A DNA stretch of 64,000 nt. Source: Vicugna vicugna (taxonomy: Eukaryota). Location of the stretch: the NCBI GenBank assembly GCA_013265495.1, contig MU059072.1:806001-870000 (forward strand). Direction: 5' to 3'. A model generated the notes under the pieces. It saw only the letters and a program-made list of their open reading frames with translations, searched no databases and had not been told where the DNA came from. Below, one piece after another: positions 22,716 to 35,780 of the stretch. Position 1 is the stretch's first letter; the number at the start of each line of letters is the position of its first letter. The translations under genes and the position numbers were made by a program.

Positions 22716-25464
22716 CTTTTTTAAATTTCAAAGTATAGTTTCTTGACCTTTCTAATTGATAGTTATCCTTTTCCATAAGACTGGGTTTTGTGATATATTT
22801 ATAAAACCCACCTTGGATGATTGCATTTGACCTGTTACTTCCTATATTAAGTAATTAGAACTTGAAGCATTATTACTCAGTCCTCTGACAGCAACTTTTA
22901 TCAGAATATCTGGGGTTTAAGTGTGAGCAGGACTACCTTAGGCAAATTGACTAAAGCCTGAGAGATTTCAGTTCCATCAAACGTGGGGGTTTCCTGTCAG
23001 ACCACCACCATCAAGTTTCAAGTTTATCTTTTCTTAATCGTAGTACAATGTGAAAAAAAACCCCCAAAGAGTTCTGCTTTAAAAAATGTATTAGGGACGC
23101 ATGTAAAGTCCCAAACATCAATAATTTAAAACAGTTTGAATGTAAGTTTTATATTACAATTACTAGCTACACAGCACTCGTCTGTAAAGTATATGCATCA
23201 GTTTTGATTTGCAGCGTTTCTAGAGTAAATTTGGGCAGTGATTCAGAAGTGTGGCTAGCAGACCGTCTAGGCAGCCGTGAAGAAACTCTTCCCATCTTTT
23301 TTGTCCTGCCAGAGTAGAGGTGTGTAGGCCTGTGGGAAGAAGATCTATCATTTGCTGTTGAATTCTTGGCAATAACTTACTCAGGAGAGGGGTAATTCAT
23401 ATATGACATTGCCCTTTGCTGGATTCAATCTAAAATGTCAGTCTCGTTTGAGAGTGGGTTGTTATTCTTATTAAATATACTCTTACTTTTTGTTCTTGAG
23501 TTCCCACAACAAAAAAGCCCAAGATCATTGAGCTTAATGTGTCTGAAGCTGACACATATTTAATGTGTCTGTGTGCTTCTTGGAAGTAGGGGAGTGGGAA
23601 CATGCTGGGTTCTGGGATTCTGTTAATTACATGGGCTAATGAATGAACCCTGCATTGAGTTATTGCATCTTTATCAGGGCGTGTGGATTTGCAATGGGAG
23701 TGGAGGCTTCTGTGGTTAAACATAAGGCAGGGCACCAACTCTGTTTTTTTTTTTCTGCCGCCCACCTAGATACATTATGGTATTCTAGTGCCACTGGATC
23801 TAGGGGACATCCATGCAGAGTCTGTATGAAGAGACCTGAACACTTGCAAGGAAAATTTGAGGCTGCAATCTTGATTCTTCTTTTTTTAAACAATGTTAAC
23901 GAGACACACTATTATGTGTGTCTTAATGGCATGACTTAAATGGCAGTGAATTCAAAAGCAAGCTAATGGGAGTAGTCTCAGTGGAAATGGTTTAAAATTA
24001 ATTTAATTTTTAGCTCACACTGCTAACTCACTGTAAAAGTGTTTCAAAAAAACAGTTTTACCCTCCATAAATTAATTTCAGTTTCTGAAGTCTTGGATTG
24101 ATCATTTCTTGGGCGATTCTGCATGTCAGCTTTGCAGATGAAAGGGTCCGTATGCCAATGGTTTGGTTTCTGTATGTGAGCCGTGACACTGTTGTAGTTC
24201 TTATAAATGATTTTCCATTGTAATCAATTATTATATTGCATGAATACAGTTTTTTAAAATGTCAAATTTCTAAATGGTGACTATTTCCCCAAGTGAGGTG
24301 TATCTTGAAACAACAGGAAATTATAGCACTTTCAAAACTCTGCATTTGGGCTTTTTTTTTTTCAGTGGCATCTCCTCATTTTTTTTAAAGTTAATGTAAC
24401 CCAGATGTTAGCTGCTTCCTGCTTCTCCCTTCAAGTTCCCTTGGGGGTTCTTACCCCCAAGGTGGAAAGCATTAGAGAGCAAGGTAGAGTTGAATGAGGA
24501 CTTTGAGAGGGGATATAAATGAGGTTTATTTCACAAACTCCATAGCAAACAATGTGAAATCCTGTTTTAACATTTTTCTTTCCCAAAGTTCTCCTTCTCT
24601 GCTGCTGGCTTTTGCGGTCTCTCCTTGCTCCATTCAGTGCTCAGGATAGTTGAATCTCCTCTCAGTATCCGGGGCCCCTCATATTTATCTCCCTTTTATT
24701 ACTCGGAGTAGTTTGGTTCTTCCTTGGCTCTGAACTCAAAACCCATCACAGCTGCTTACCAAGATAGCAGGCTCTTCTGTAGCTAGGACCCACTCCTCTG
24801 AGATGACAAGAGAAACTAAAAATACACCACAGTCTATGTAGTGTTTAAAGCTTGATTCTCTTTTTTAAAAATAGGTTAATGCATCTCTTCTCAGTTGTCA
24901 TAGGGAGAGATCTAGAATTTCTTTTGAAAAAACAAACCTAAACTGAAACTACAAAGGCCTTGGAGACGTTAGAACATTAACTTTAATAATGTAAAGCCTT
25001 CTTAAGACCTTAAAATCTGAAAGCTGAAAGAGATCATATTATTATAGTGAGTAAATCTGGCTTTAGTCACAGTCCGCTGGTTGTCTCTTCCAAACCAAAT
25101 GTTTTGACAGCATCTGTCAGTTAACTACTTACTGTTGATTCACTGTGGACACATCTCTGCACTGAGGGCATTTTGCTTTAGATATCCTGAGATAATCTCA
25201 ATGAGTTCATTTCTCCCATGCATTTCAGATTGGTATATTTTCTGTCTCTTGTGGGTCAAAAATTAAGAAAACTTAAGAGTATAAAGAAAATACGGAAATT
25301 TCTCTTGATTTCACTGTCTACGAGCAAGTGAACTACAGTGAACTTGTGAGGTCATTTTCTTGCTCCCTTTTCTCCTCCATCTTTGTTTTCTTCTCTTCCT
25401 TTTCCTCTCTATTCCTCCACACAATATTTGTTTAAAAGATAATTGAGGTTTTACTAGACCCTAC

Positions 25465-25900
25465 TGTTGTGGTTTGAATGGTGTGCCACCCCCCACCCCC
25501 CAAAAAAAAGTAGGCTCTCTGGAACCTGTGTATGTGATCTTATTTGGAAAAATGTTTTTTGTCTATACACTTAAGTTAAGGATCTTGAGATGAGATCATC
25601 CTGGTAATCCAATCACAAGTGTTTTAGAGAAGAGCCAGCAAGAAGATACACAGAAACAAAGATAATGTGAATGTGGAGGCAGAGATTGGATTTATGGAGC
25701 CCCAGGTCAAGGATGCCTGAGGCTCCCAGGGGCTGGGAGAGGGGATGGAACAGATCTCTCTAGAGCCTCTAAGACAGCACCACCCTGTGGACACCTTGAT
25801 TTTGGACTTCTAGCCTGTAGAACTTGGAGAGAATGAAGATCTACTGTTTTAAAACCTGGCTTGTGGTAATCTGTTACAGTGGACCTGGGAGACATACTCA
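25465..25900 (+). mobile_element. MaLR solo LTR (MLT1B-like)
   Basis: tgttgtggtttgaatggtg...gtgatcttatttggaaaa...gttaaggatcttgagatgagatcatcctgg...gacaccttgattttggacttctagcct...ggtaatctgttacag. Confidence 0.8.
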
Positions 25901-27957
25901 CAGGTTTTTAGTTTTTAATCAGAGGTTCTATATTTGTTTATTTGTTCATTTTTTTCTTACTCAACAGACATTTGTTAAATGCATACTGTGTGTCAGACTG
26001 AATGCTGTGTGCTGGGAATGCAGAATTAAATAAAATGTAGTTTCTGCCCCCAGTATAATGCAGTCATCCCTGTATTGTATGTAATAGGTTTGTCTCTAGA
26101 ATTGCCAGGATACGCTCACATTTCACTGTTTTCACTCACAGGTAAGATGCATGGGTAAAATGACTCATCTCATTAGGAATGTGCAGGTTTCAGAAATTCT
26201 TGTTGGTAGACAGGCTCTGTAGACAAGCCAACGCCAGGTGCTAGAAACCTTTAGTAAAATTTGGGAGCCTGGTTGGAAATGGTGTCTTGAAGCTGTAATT
26301 CAGGGAACATTAAACTACTTTTAAACTTGAGCAGTATTCTCAAAAACTAAGATTTGTTTCCTTATTTCATGTCAGGAATTAAAAAAATTCTCTCTGTTTG
26401 TTGATCTTTGGCAAGGAGCAGAAGAAAGAAAAGGGCCATGTGAATAAGAAGTAAGAATAATGATCTCTAAATCAGATCTAAAGACTCACAAGCATCTGGG
26501 AAATTTGGAGGCTCTAAGAGCAATATTGTCAGCCACACTTGGAAAGAAAACTCTGGCAGTGGCATCGTGGACTAGTTACTCGCTGTAAGAAAGAAAGGGA
26601 ATGTGCAATTGGGATTGTGCTGTTGACCATGGCAGAAGGAAGGAAATGGACTCTAATGGAGAAAGAAAAGATTTTGAAGATGTGAAGAAAGTTGACAGCA
26701 TTTTAAAATAGAGAACATACATGCAAGAAAGTCTACTTTCTGTAAGCTTTAGAAAAGAAGTGAACATTCACTCAAAATTTATTGGGTTTTAAATTTGACC
26801 AATGTGCAGTGTTAAGACAAGGATGGGGAAGTTCTGGAAAGAAGAAAAGTGAAGCATGGAATTGAGATTAAAGAGGGCTTCATGGAGGAGAACACATGCA
26901 TATCAGTGAAGGGGCTGTGTTGGCAACAGGGGATCCGTTTCATTCAGATAGTCTAATTTGCTTTGTGTGTCAGTCAACACATGCTAGGGTGTCATCAGAG
27001 ACATGAAGTAGACATTTCACAGGGGCCTTGAGAGTAGTGGCAGGAATTCACATTTACTACTCACAAATCTATCATTCAACCTGCATTTACGTAATCCTTC
27101 TCTGTACCAGCCACTAGGCTAGGTACTAGGGATATGGGGATTATTAAGCCCCACATTCCTTCCCTCAGAAAGCCTGGAGCCCAGGGGAAGAGGTGGACAA
27201 ATAAACAGACTATTATTTTATAGCAATATATGCTGTGATAAAAGGAAGAATGAGGCGCTCTGGGAGCACACACATGGGAGGACCCTAACCCAAGTTTTGG
27301 GAGGCTGGTAGCAGAGATAACATTATCTCAGAATAACTCAGGGAAGAATTGGCTCCCAGCAAAGATCAGCTATTGAAGAGCTAATTGAATGGTGGGATGA
27401 GAGGGTAGGGAGAGCAGAAGAGAATTAGGGAAGGCACAGGTCATAAAGGATGACTAGCTCTTCACAGGTTTATTGCAGAGGGAGGCTAAGAACATGCTGG
27501 ATGGAAAATACAAATAGATGAACTAGCATGAATACACTCTTGCCCCCATCTCTTTCCCATATTTCTAGCTGTGTGCTCTGGTGAAGTGTGGTCCAGCCAT
27601 GACTGCCATTGTCCTGTATAGGCTGCTCACTATAGGACTGTTGGATGACACAGCTGGGAGAACCGTGGTATCTTTCTACCCCACAAGGCAGGAGGGGATA
27701 GCCCCCCGCTTGGTGTCGAGAGGACAATGTCTGCTCTGTCACTAATCCGCTGTGTGACTAAGGACCAGGGACCTCAATTTTCTCATCTGTAAAACCAGGG
27801 AGTTGGATACTAGTAATTTTAAAACTTTTTCCAGTCATCAGAGTCCTTTCAAATGAACAGAAGTCCAGTATATAGAACATATACAAGTGTGCCCTTGGCT
27901 GCCTTCTTATTCTCAGCAGTGGCCCCTGAGGGGCCTGCATGAACATTACTGGACAAT

Positions 27958-28130
27958 ATAGTGTTTCTCCCAGTGAGGTCTTAGGACTGCTTGAGTCCAA
28001 ATCACTTGGGGTTCAGATTTGTGGGCTCTTTCCCAGACCTTCCAAATCAAATTCTCAGAGTTTGGGATAGGCCTCTATTAGACTTTATGAGATTCTTACA
28101 CACATTGAAGTTTGAGTCCCATTGGGCCAG
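27958..28130. mobile_element. MER5A-like hAT MITE
   Basis: tagtgtttctcccagtgaggtc...cccagaccttccaaatcaaattctc...gaagtttgagtcccattg. Confidence 0.55.
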
Positions 28131-28626
28131 ATATTTCAAGGTCCCTCCTAGCCCTTAGGCACTACAACTCTGATCCTTTTCAGCTTTGTCGTGATGGTGA
28201 GGAGCCTAAGAAGGGAAGTCAGAGGCTCTACAGGATAAAAAGTTTTAACACAGAATGGAAGGTTAGAACTGTAAGGATGGATACAATGGTAATAAAATTA
28301 GTAGTAGTGGAAATAATGGTAGTAGTAATAATAAAAGATGGTGATGAAAGAGGAGAGTTAAATAATAAGAGAATATGTTACAGAACAGACTGGGGAAAAA
28401 AGAGGAGCTTTAACCATAGGATCTTCCAGCAATGAGGATGTTGTATTCCATGTGGAAGAAATTGTAGTAGAAAGGAGTTCAGAGCATGAGGCTGCCAGAG
28501 TTAATGCCCTGACCAGATACTCCCATAAATCCTGCTTGTCTCTCTCATAGCACGTAACATCATAATGCTCTTTTACCTTTTGTCCACTTTTTGATGCTTA
28601 TTGTGTGCCAGCTACTGTGTTAGGTC

Positions 28627-29084
28627 CTAGAAACCCCCAGTGGATGCCTGAAACCATGGACAGTAACAAACCCTGTATATGCTTTGTTTTTCCCTATACA
28701 TCCATAATTGTGATAAAGTTTATCAATTAGACACAGTAAGAAAATATCTGAATTGTCAGCATCACAACTCTTGGGCTGTGGGGTCATAATTAAGTAAAGT
28801 AAGGATCATTTGAACACATAGCACTGCAGTACTGTGACAGTGATCTGATAAGTGATGGCTACTAAGTGACAAAAGGGCGGGATACGCTGGGCAAAGGGAT
28901 GATTGACGTCCCAGGTGGGATGGAGCAGGTCTGCACAAGATTTCATCATGCTACTCAGAATGGCACACAATTTAAAACTTATGAATTATTTATTTCTGGA
29001 ATTTTCCATTTGATATTTTCAGACTGGTTGACCACGAGTAACTGAAAATGCAGAAAGCGAAACCGCAGATAGGGGGAACTACTG
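28627..29084 (-). mobile_element. MER44 (Tigger7, TcMar) DNA transposon; left end truncated
   Basis: ccccagtggatgcctgaaacc...tttaaaacttatgaattatttatttctggaattttccattt...gaaagcgaaaccgcagatagggggaactactg (terminal inverted repeat). Confidence 0.85.
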
Positions 29085-29184
29085 CAGTCATGCAAGGTAG
29101 TGTCTAATAGCGAGTGCTGCTAAGGAAAAGATTATGATTCTAAAGAAATGTTATGTGTGTTTTGGGGGGTGGTGAGCAGAGGCA

Positions 29185-29560
29185 AGGCAGTTTAGAAATG
29201 GGCTCTTTGAGGAAGTAGTAAATTTAAGCTGAGAACTTAAGACAGCTAGGAGTTAATTAGACAAGGGTGGGGTGATGGGATGGGAAGGAGAATTACAGCT
29301 GGAGCAGAATGTGCAAAGGCCCAGTGGAGGGAGGGAGGATGTAATTATGAGGGACTGAATGGCAGAAGTACAAAGAGCAAGACTGAGAGAAAAACAGTGT
29401 GGGGCAAGGCTGGAAAGGGGTTCAGAAGTCAGACCTTGCCGGGCCTTGAAGACCAGACTGAGAGTTTGAGTATTTTTCCTAAGAACAGAGAGAATGCATG
29501 GAAGAATTTGCCTTTGGAAAAGCTCATGCCTGCTGCATGGAGGAAAAGCCAGTGGAGGGG
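29185..29560 (-). mobile_element. L2 LINE fragment
   Basis: ctctttgaggaagtagtaaatttaagctgaga...gcagaatgtgcaaaggcccag...ccttgccgggccttgaagaccagactgagagtttgagtattt. Confidence 0.65.
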
Positions 29561-32500
29561 GGCCAGGGCAGATGTCGGAGAGGGGGGTTGTCCTGCTGTG
29601 CTTGTCTGTCTGTCACACCCCTGTGAGTTACTGGAGGCTGAGACAGTCTCTGTATTCCCGTCCCCTGACTGCACAGTGTCCGGCATGTAGTTGATGCTCA
29701 ATAATTATATTATGGATGAACCAAATGCTTGTAAATGAATTAAGCAAATCATTTTGAGGCAAGATCAGAATATCCTCTGATATTTCCCTACCCTCCTTCT
29801 TCCCTGAAGCTCATATGAGACAAGGGGAAGTGTCCACACATCGCTTGTTCTGTGCACGTCATTGTCTGCTGTCATTGCCCCTGGAGAATGGTGTCTGCTG
29901 TGGGATCATTGGGTACCAAACCCATCTTTAATTCACATGCTGTGTGTTACTTGGAGTCTCTCTGACATGGCTGCACCTTAATATGCATGAGACCATGCCT
30001 GACATTTAAAGAAAAGGAGAGGATTGGGTCCATCTGGGCTTCATTTTTGAATTAGGAAGTACTTGAAACAATGTTCACTGTTTCTTTCTCAGATGCCCCC
30101 AGGTTGCAGCATGTCAGAAAAACAGAAGCGTGGGGACCTGGGTAGCCTTAGACACTTGGATGGAGATGCAGAGATGGGCTTCTTTGTGTCTGCATCTGAT
30201 GTTTCCCTCTGGCAGGACTTTCTGAATTGCCTGGCTTATGAATCCTGTTAACCCAGCTTGCCTCATCTGGTTGCCTTGCCCCTTTCCAGGCGTTTGTGTT
30301 CAGACATCCTTTCCCACTTCACACTGCTAAATTTAAGGCTTAATTTTCAAATCAAATGTTCATCTGGCTGGCTGCCTGAGAAATCACATGTGGAGCGCTG
30401 AGAGACCCAGGCAGGGAACTGTGCCCTCGCTTCTGGAGAGTGGGTCTGGAAACCATATGAACTGTAAATAGTTTTAAAATGCAAAAAAGTAAAGCTTTCT
30501 GCCAGAAGGGGAGAGCTGAGGGTTTTTTTTTTTTTCCTTTTCCTTTTCTAGACTCGGTTATTAGGTATCTGTTGGAAATTACTGACCTCTATCATTTAGT
30601 CTGTTTACTGTCTCTGTCGGCAGGGCCTGGACCATCCAGATTTAACCCCCTTGAGGAGTCGGCTCTGCCAACACTTGCTTTATTAGGTTTTAGGGTCACA
30701 GCTATGCCAGTTGTTAGGTGTATGATTTTAATAAAAATTTGTCTTCTTTCACTTAATACTTCCGTCTGAGACTTGAGTGTTATGAATAGGTTAATATTTT
30801 AAAAAATAATGGAGCCTGATTTTCCAGTAAGAGCAAGAAAAAGATTAAATAGAAAAAACAAACTGGCTTCATTTATTTGCTCCCCATCAGGTAACTAATG
30901 TGCTACAACATCACTTCTGCCTTTGAGAAATACTGCCCAGCGTCTATCCTGTTGTCTTTGTTGGGCTTTCTCTTTTTCTCCTGATCCTTCACTATAGAAA
31001 ATAGTTGCATGAGACTTTTATTTTCCTCTCCCTCTTTGGCCTTGATTGTTGTGGGCACCAAGGCACAGAGATGCTGTCATTCTTTTTTATATGTTAATTA
31101 TCAGTGACACCCTTAAGGTGTGTTTGGCAAAGATCTTCAGAGTTTTCTTTTTTCTCTGTATTCCAAATTTTGTCCTTTCTCTGTATCTCTTTTCTCATTT
31201 TTCTTCTAGGGGCAGAGAAGAAAGAACACTGGAATTGGGATACAAAGAATAATAGGAAAACAATGTTCAGTACAGGCCTTTTTAAGGAGAGAACATTTTA
31301 GAATATTAGATGACTAAAAAAGTAGAGATTATAGCCAAACTTAAGCAAATTGATATGCAAAAAAATCACAGTGTAAATACTTACAACAGGCATGCAGATA
31401 TGTTAATGTTCAGTTTCAAATCTGGTACTGATAATGTCAAACTAATGTAAATCGTGCTCAAATGGTACCTAATCATTGGCCACCATCCTTGACATAGAAT
31501 CTTCCACTTAACTAAGTTGAAAATACAATTCCTAGCAGTGGCTCTTATGATTAGGAAAGAAATTCAGAAGACAGAAGATTGTTATATATATGTTTAGATA
31601 TATATTTGCAGGTTACAAATAAAACCATAAGGCCTGAATGCCCCTGATAACCGGGAAGCATAGAGGGCTCGGGGAGTGTGAGGCCAGATTGTCATTGCTC
31701 TGAAGCAGAGAAGCTTTGTCCTGAAGCTTGGTAGAGCACACAGGGTAGAGTATTTTCCAGAGAGTAATTAAAATGTCAACTTTTCTGGCAGAAAGTTTTC
31801 ATCTTCCTAATAGAGAAAACCAGAATCTCCTCTAGACAAAAAAGCATCATCTAGATAGACTCAGGGATCAGAAAATTCTAGAAACTTGGAGATTTGAGGA
31901 ATCGCAGAGAGAAATGAAGGGATTTTATTATGAGACCTTGACCATCTGTCTTGCCTCTAAAATACGGAAAATGGAGCCACCCTTTGATATACCAACCCTC
32001 AAGCCAAAGCCTTCAGCCATTCCAGGGACTTGCAGAGCCGTGGTCTGTGGGGCAGTACATGTGTTAGGACCTTCGCCAGAAGCTGGGTTTCTCTTGGCCT
32101 GCAGGGTCCAGGAACAGTGGATTCTTTGGGAGTTCTAGTCTAGTGCATGTCCTAGGTTGGGGTTGGGGAGCGTGTTGTAGTTCCTGCTTACATCCAACCC
32201 TGTTGGCTTGGGTAGGGCTCAACAAAGGAGTCAGTCTTTGTTGGGGTCACTTGAATTATTGTCCTAGCACTTAAAACCAGAAATATGGCTGTTCTGAGGC
32301 AAAGAGGAATGTTTAAGTTAGTCTTAGTTTCCCAAATATTGAGTATCTCCAGTATATCAAAGATGATCAGTGTGTCATTGTTAGTTTCATGAATTCACAT
32401 TTTGTGGGGAGAGAGATAAACAAGTGGGTATTTTCAGTATAATGTGGACAGTGATGAGGGTTTTTGTGGACTGGCACAGAAGTACTGAAGCAGGGGTCCT

Positions 32501-32589
32501 TAGCCCAGTCTAGGGGTCAGAGGAGGCTTCCTGGAAGAAGTGAGTCTTTAACTAAAATAAATCAATTAAAAATGCAAAAACCCCGAAAC

Positions 32590-33200
32590 ATAAAAATTTC
32601 TACTTTTTTTTTTTAGAGAAAAGTAGTATCCCTTGTGTTGTATTTGTTTTTTTTTTGCAAATATGCAGATATGCAAAAAAGCCCATGCAATATATGTTTT
32701 CGTTCTTTTTTCTTTTGGCATAACTCATATATGTCATTAAACATTCTTTGAAGACATATTTTTAGTAGCTAAGTAATAGATGTGCTATAATCGATCGTTC
32801 CTCTATTGTTGGGAAATTACCTTGTTTCTAATTTTTTGTTTTAATAAATAATTCTCAGAGGAACATTTTAAAATGTAAATTTCATATGTATATTTCTTTA
32901 AGCTATATTTCTAGGGAATCTAGACTTTGCCTTTTTTTGTTTGTTTCTTAATACATATTGTTAAATTGTTTTATAGGAAGTTTGTGCCCTTTTATCCTCC
33001 CATTTGAACAGTGAGTGGTTTTTCCACAACTCCCTCACAACTTTGAGTATTATGTTTTAGAAAATCTAGGCCAATTGGATGAGGATAAACAGGTGTCTTG
33101 TTCTTTGAAAAATTCATTGTTTTATAGTGAAGGTGATTATTTTTTTCAAATATTTATTAATTATTTCTGTTATTTCTCTTTTTAGTGAATTGTCTATTTG
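32590..33200 (-). mobile_element. Degenerate old L1 (L1ME-like) fragment
   Basis: AT-rich; cctctattgttgggaaattaccttgtttctaatttttgttttaataaataattctc...catattg...aaattg. Confidence 0.45.
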
Positions 33201-34224
33201 TATTTATTACTGATGATTGGTCCCAGTAATTTTTGGTGTTCTGTTTGAGAAAATATTTTAAATTTTGTCTTCTAGTAAATTTCTTCAGTGGGAAGCAATG
33301 AATCCCTACATGGTGCATAGAGATACTGCTTCAGGGTCTTTGCTGGCATAGTGTGCGTGTTGAGTATAGTTTCTCTAGGCAGGACTGGCTTGCCCTAAGC
33401 CATCTACATTCCTGAGAGTTTTCTTTCTACAAAACAACTCAGATGAAAATATATTCCTGCTGAAAACTGCCCTACTCTGTCCTTACCATCAAAGCACCTG
33501 CTCCCATCAGGCCGTTAGCTAGCCTTCCTAACACTGTCTACAGTCACATGGAGCTACTTGCTTTTCTTAAACCTGCAGTGTACTCTTTCCCTTCTCCCCT
33601 TGTCATTCCTCAGGGCCCAGCTCCTGTGGTAACCAGCTCAGGAAATCCCTCCAGTATCTATTTCAGGCAGGTAGAACCGTCAGCCCCCTCTTTGTACTCC
33701 CACGGCATGGCATGTCAGTGTCCCAGGTGAGAGTTAAGTTAACAGTTCATTTTAGGCTTCCCCCTTGACTGGGAGTCTCTTATGACCAGAACCATACTAT
33801 GTTTTTACTCAGTGCTTGGTCCACTGCCTGACGTAGAGCAGGTACTCAGTACCCTTTGAATTCATCAGAATCCACTTATTCTTTCAACCTGCAGCACACA
33901 TTCATGACATGAATCATAATGAAGAAATTGGAAAATTAAAGATATGACAGAAGTTGGCATCCCTGTGGGATGTACCTTGTAGCCATAAGGAGTGTAAGTC
34001 AGAAGCACACGCTTTGAGGAAAATGAATAATGCTTTTATTTTCTACACTGTAATTCTTTGCCCTGCAATGACTCAGTCCTATCCTTATCCTCCTTCCATA
34101 CTTTGTAGTGATCTCTGCTAGGTTTTTAGGGCTTTGCCAGCAGGTGTAGTCACATGGAACTATTACTCACGGCCACCCTAGAGCTAACTGTGCTAAGCAC
34201 ACAGCATGATTAACCAGGTAAATA

Positions 34225-35780
34225 ATTAGTCCATTCAAATACTCATTCAACATACAAATGCCAGGCACTTTTCTGCATACTAGGGATACAGAAATGAGCA
34301 GGACAGACAAATCGCCGCACTAAGGAGCCTACTGTCGAGTGGGGAAGATGGACGGTAAACAAAATATTAGTAAATAATACGGTTTCAGGTAGTTGTAAGT
34401 TCAACAAAGGAAACAGTAGGATAATAGGATAGAGGGTAACTGAATGAGAGATGGGGAGATGATCTTAAATAGAGTGTCCAAAGAAGGTCCCTGGAGGAAA
34501 TGAGGTTTGAGTTGAGAGGGAGATAGCCATGCCAAGATCTTGGGTAAAAATGGTAAATATAAAGGCCCCAAAGAGGCAACGACTTGACAGTAGGATGTCT
34601 CCTGTGGCTAGGGTATTGTGATAAAGGGGAATTCTGAGGGGTTGGCAAGAGCCAATTCTTGTAGATCATGGTGGGAACTTCCAATTTTATACTAAATGTA
34701 ATGTGAAGCTGGCTTTAAGCAGAATTATATGTTATGACAAAAAGACTTCCAGCTGGTGTGTGGACAGTGGCCAGCCGAGAAGGGCAAGAGCAGAATGAGG
34801 ATGACAAATGATGAGCTTCCTACTGATATTCAGGTGAGATGAGGATGCCATGAACTAGGTGGTAGTACAGGAGATAAGAAGTAGGAATGCACCTTATTAC
34901 GGATTTTCAAACACATTAAATAACAGTACAATGAACTCTTTTTAATGTATTACCCAGCTGCAGCTGCCATCAACTTTCTGCTGCTTTTGTATCCATTTTC
35001 ACTTATTTCTGGGATATTTAAAAAGTAGATCCCTATATACGTCATGTCACATCATCAGTAAACACCCCTCTAGTGTTTCTCTTGAACAGATAGGACTCAT
35101 TAGAGATTTAGCCATAATACCATTGCTACACCCAGGAAGTAGCAGCACTCCCTTATATCATCTAATGCCTGCAGATTGGAATGTATTTTGAAGGCAGAAC
35201 CAATGGGAGTGCTGCCATACTGAGTGTGTGTGAAGAGAGAAGTCAGGAGGAGTGGTTCTTGCCAGAGGTTCCAAGATGGGGAAAACTGAGAAAGGAACAT
35301 GTTTATTGTGGTGATGGTTGTTTTATTTTTTTTGAGTGTACTGGGAAACCAGAGTTCTCTTGAGATACTAACCAGTCTGTAGAGATGTAGAATGGGTAGC
35401 TGAAACTTAGGGGAGAGGTCTAAGCTGAAGATGTATGTGAGAGTCATCTGGCCACCTAGGGTGATAGCCTGGCTGTGAAGAGAGGAGCTCTGGGGCACTC
35501 CAAGGTTTGAATATGGGAAGAAGAGAAACAGCTGGCTGGGGGTTTAAAAAAGAGTGACTAAGGAAGTAAGAAGAAAACCAAGGGAATGTGATGCTCTGGG
35601 TTTAAAGCGAAGAAAGTGTTTATAACTGGAGGGAGCAGCTAACCGTGCTGGGTGAAGTGAAGACTGAGAACTGGTCCTTGTATTTAACAACATGAAGAGA
35701 GATTGAAGCTGGAGGGGTGGAGACAAAATCTTGTTTGGAGAAAGCATGGACAGTCTTGAAGTGGGGATACTAAATATAGA
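34225..35780 (-). mobile_element. Long L2 remnant interrupted by an L1M 3' fragment (about 34895-35185)
   Basis: ctcattcaacatacaaatgccaggcacttttctgcatactagggatacagaaatgagcaggacagac; continues ggaatgtattttgaaggcagaaccaatggg after the L1 piece. Confidence 0.75.
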
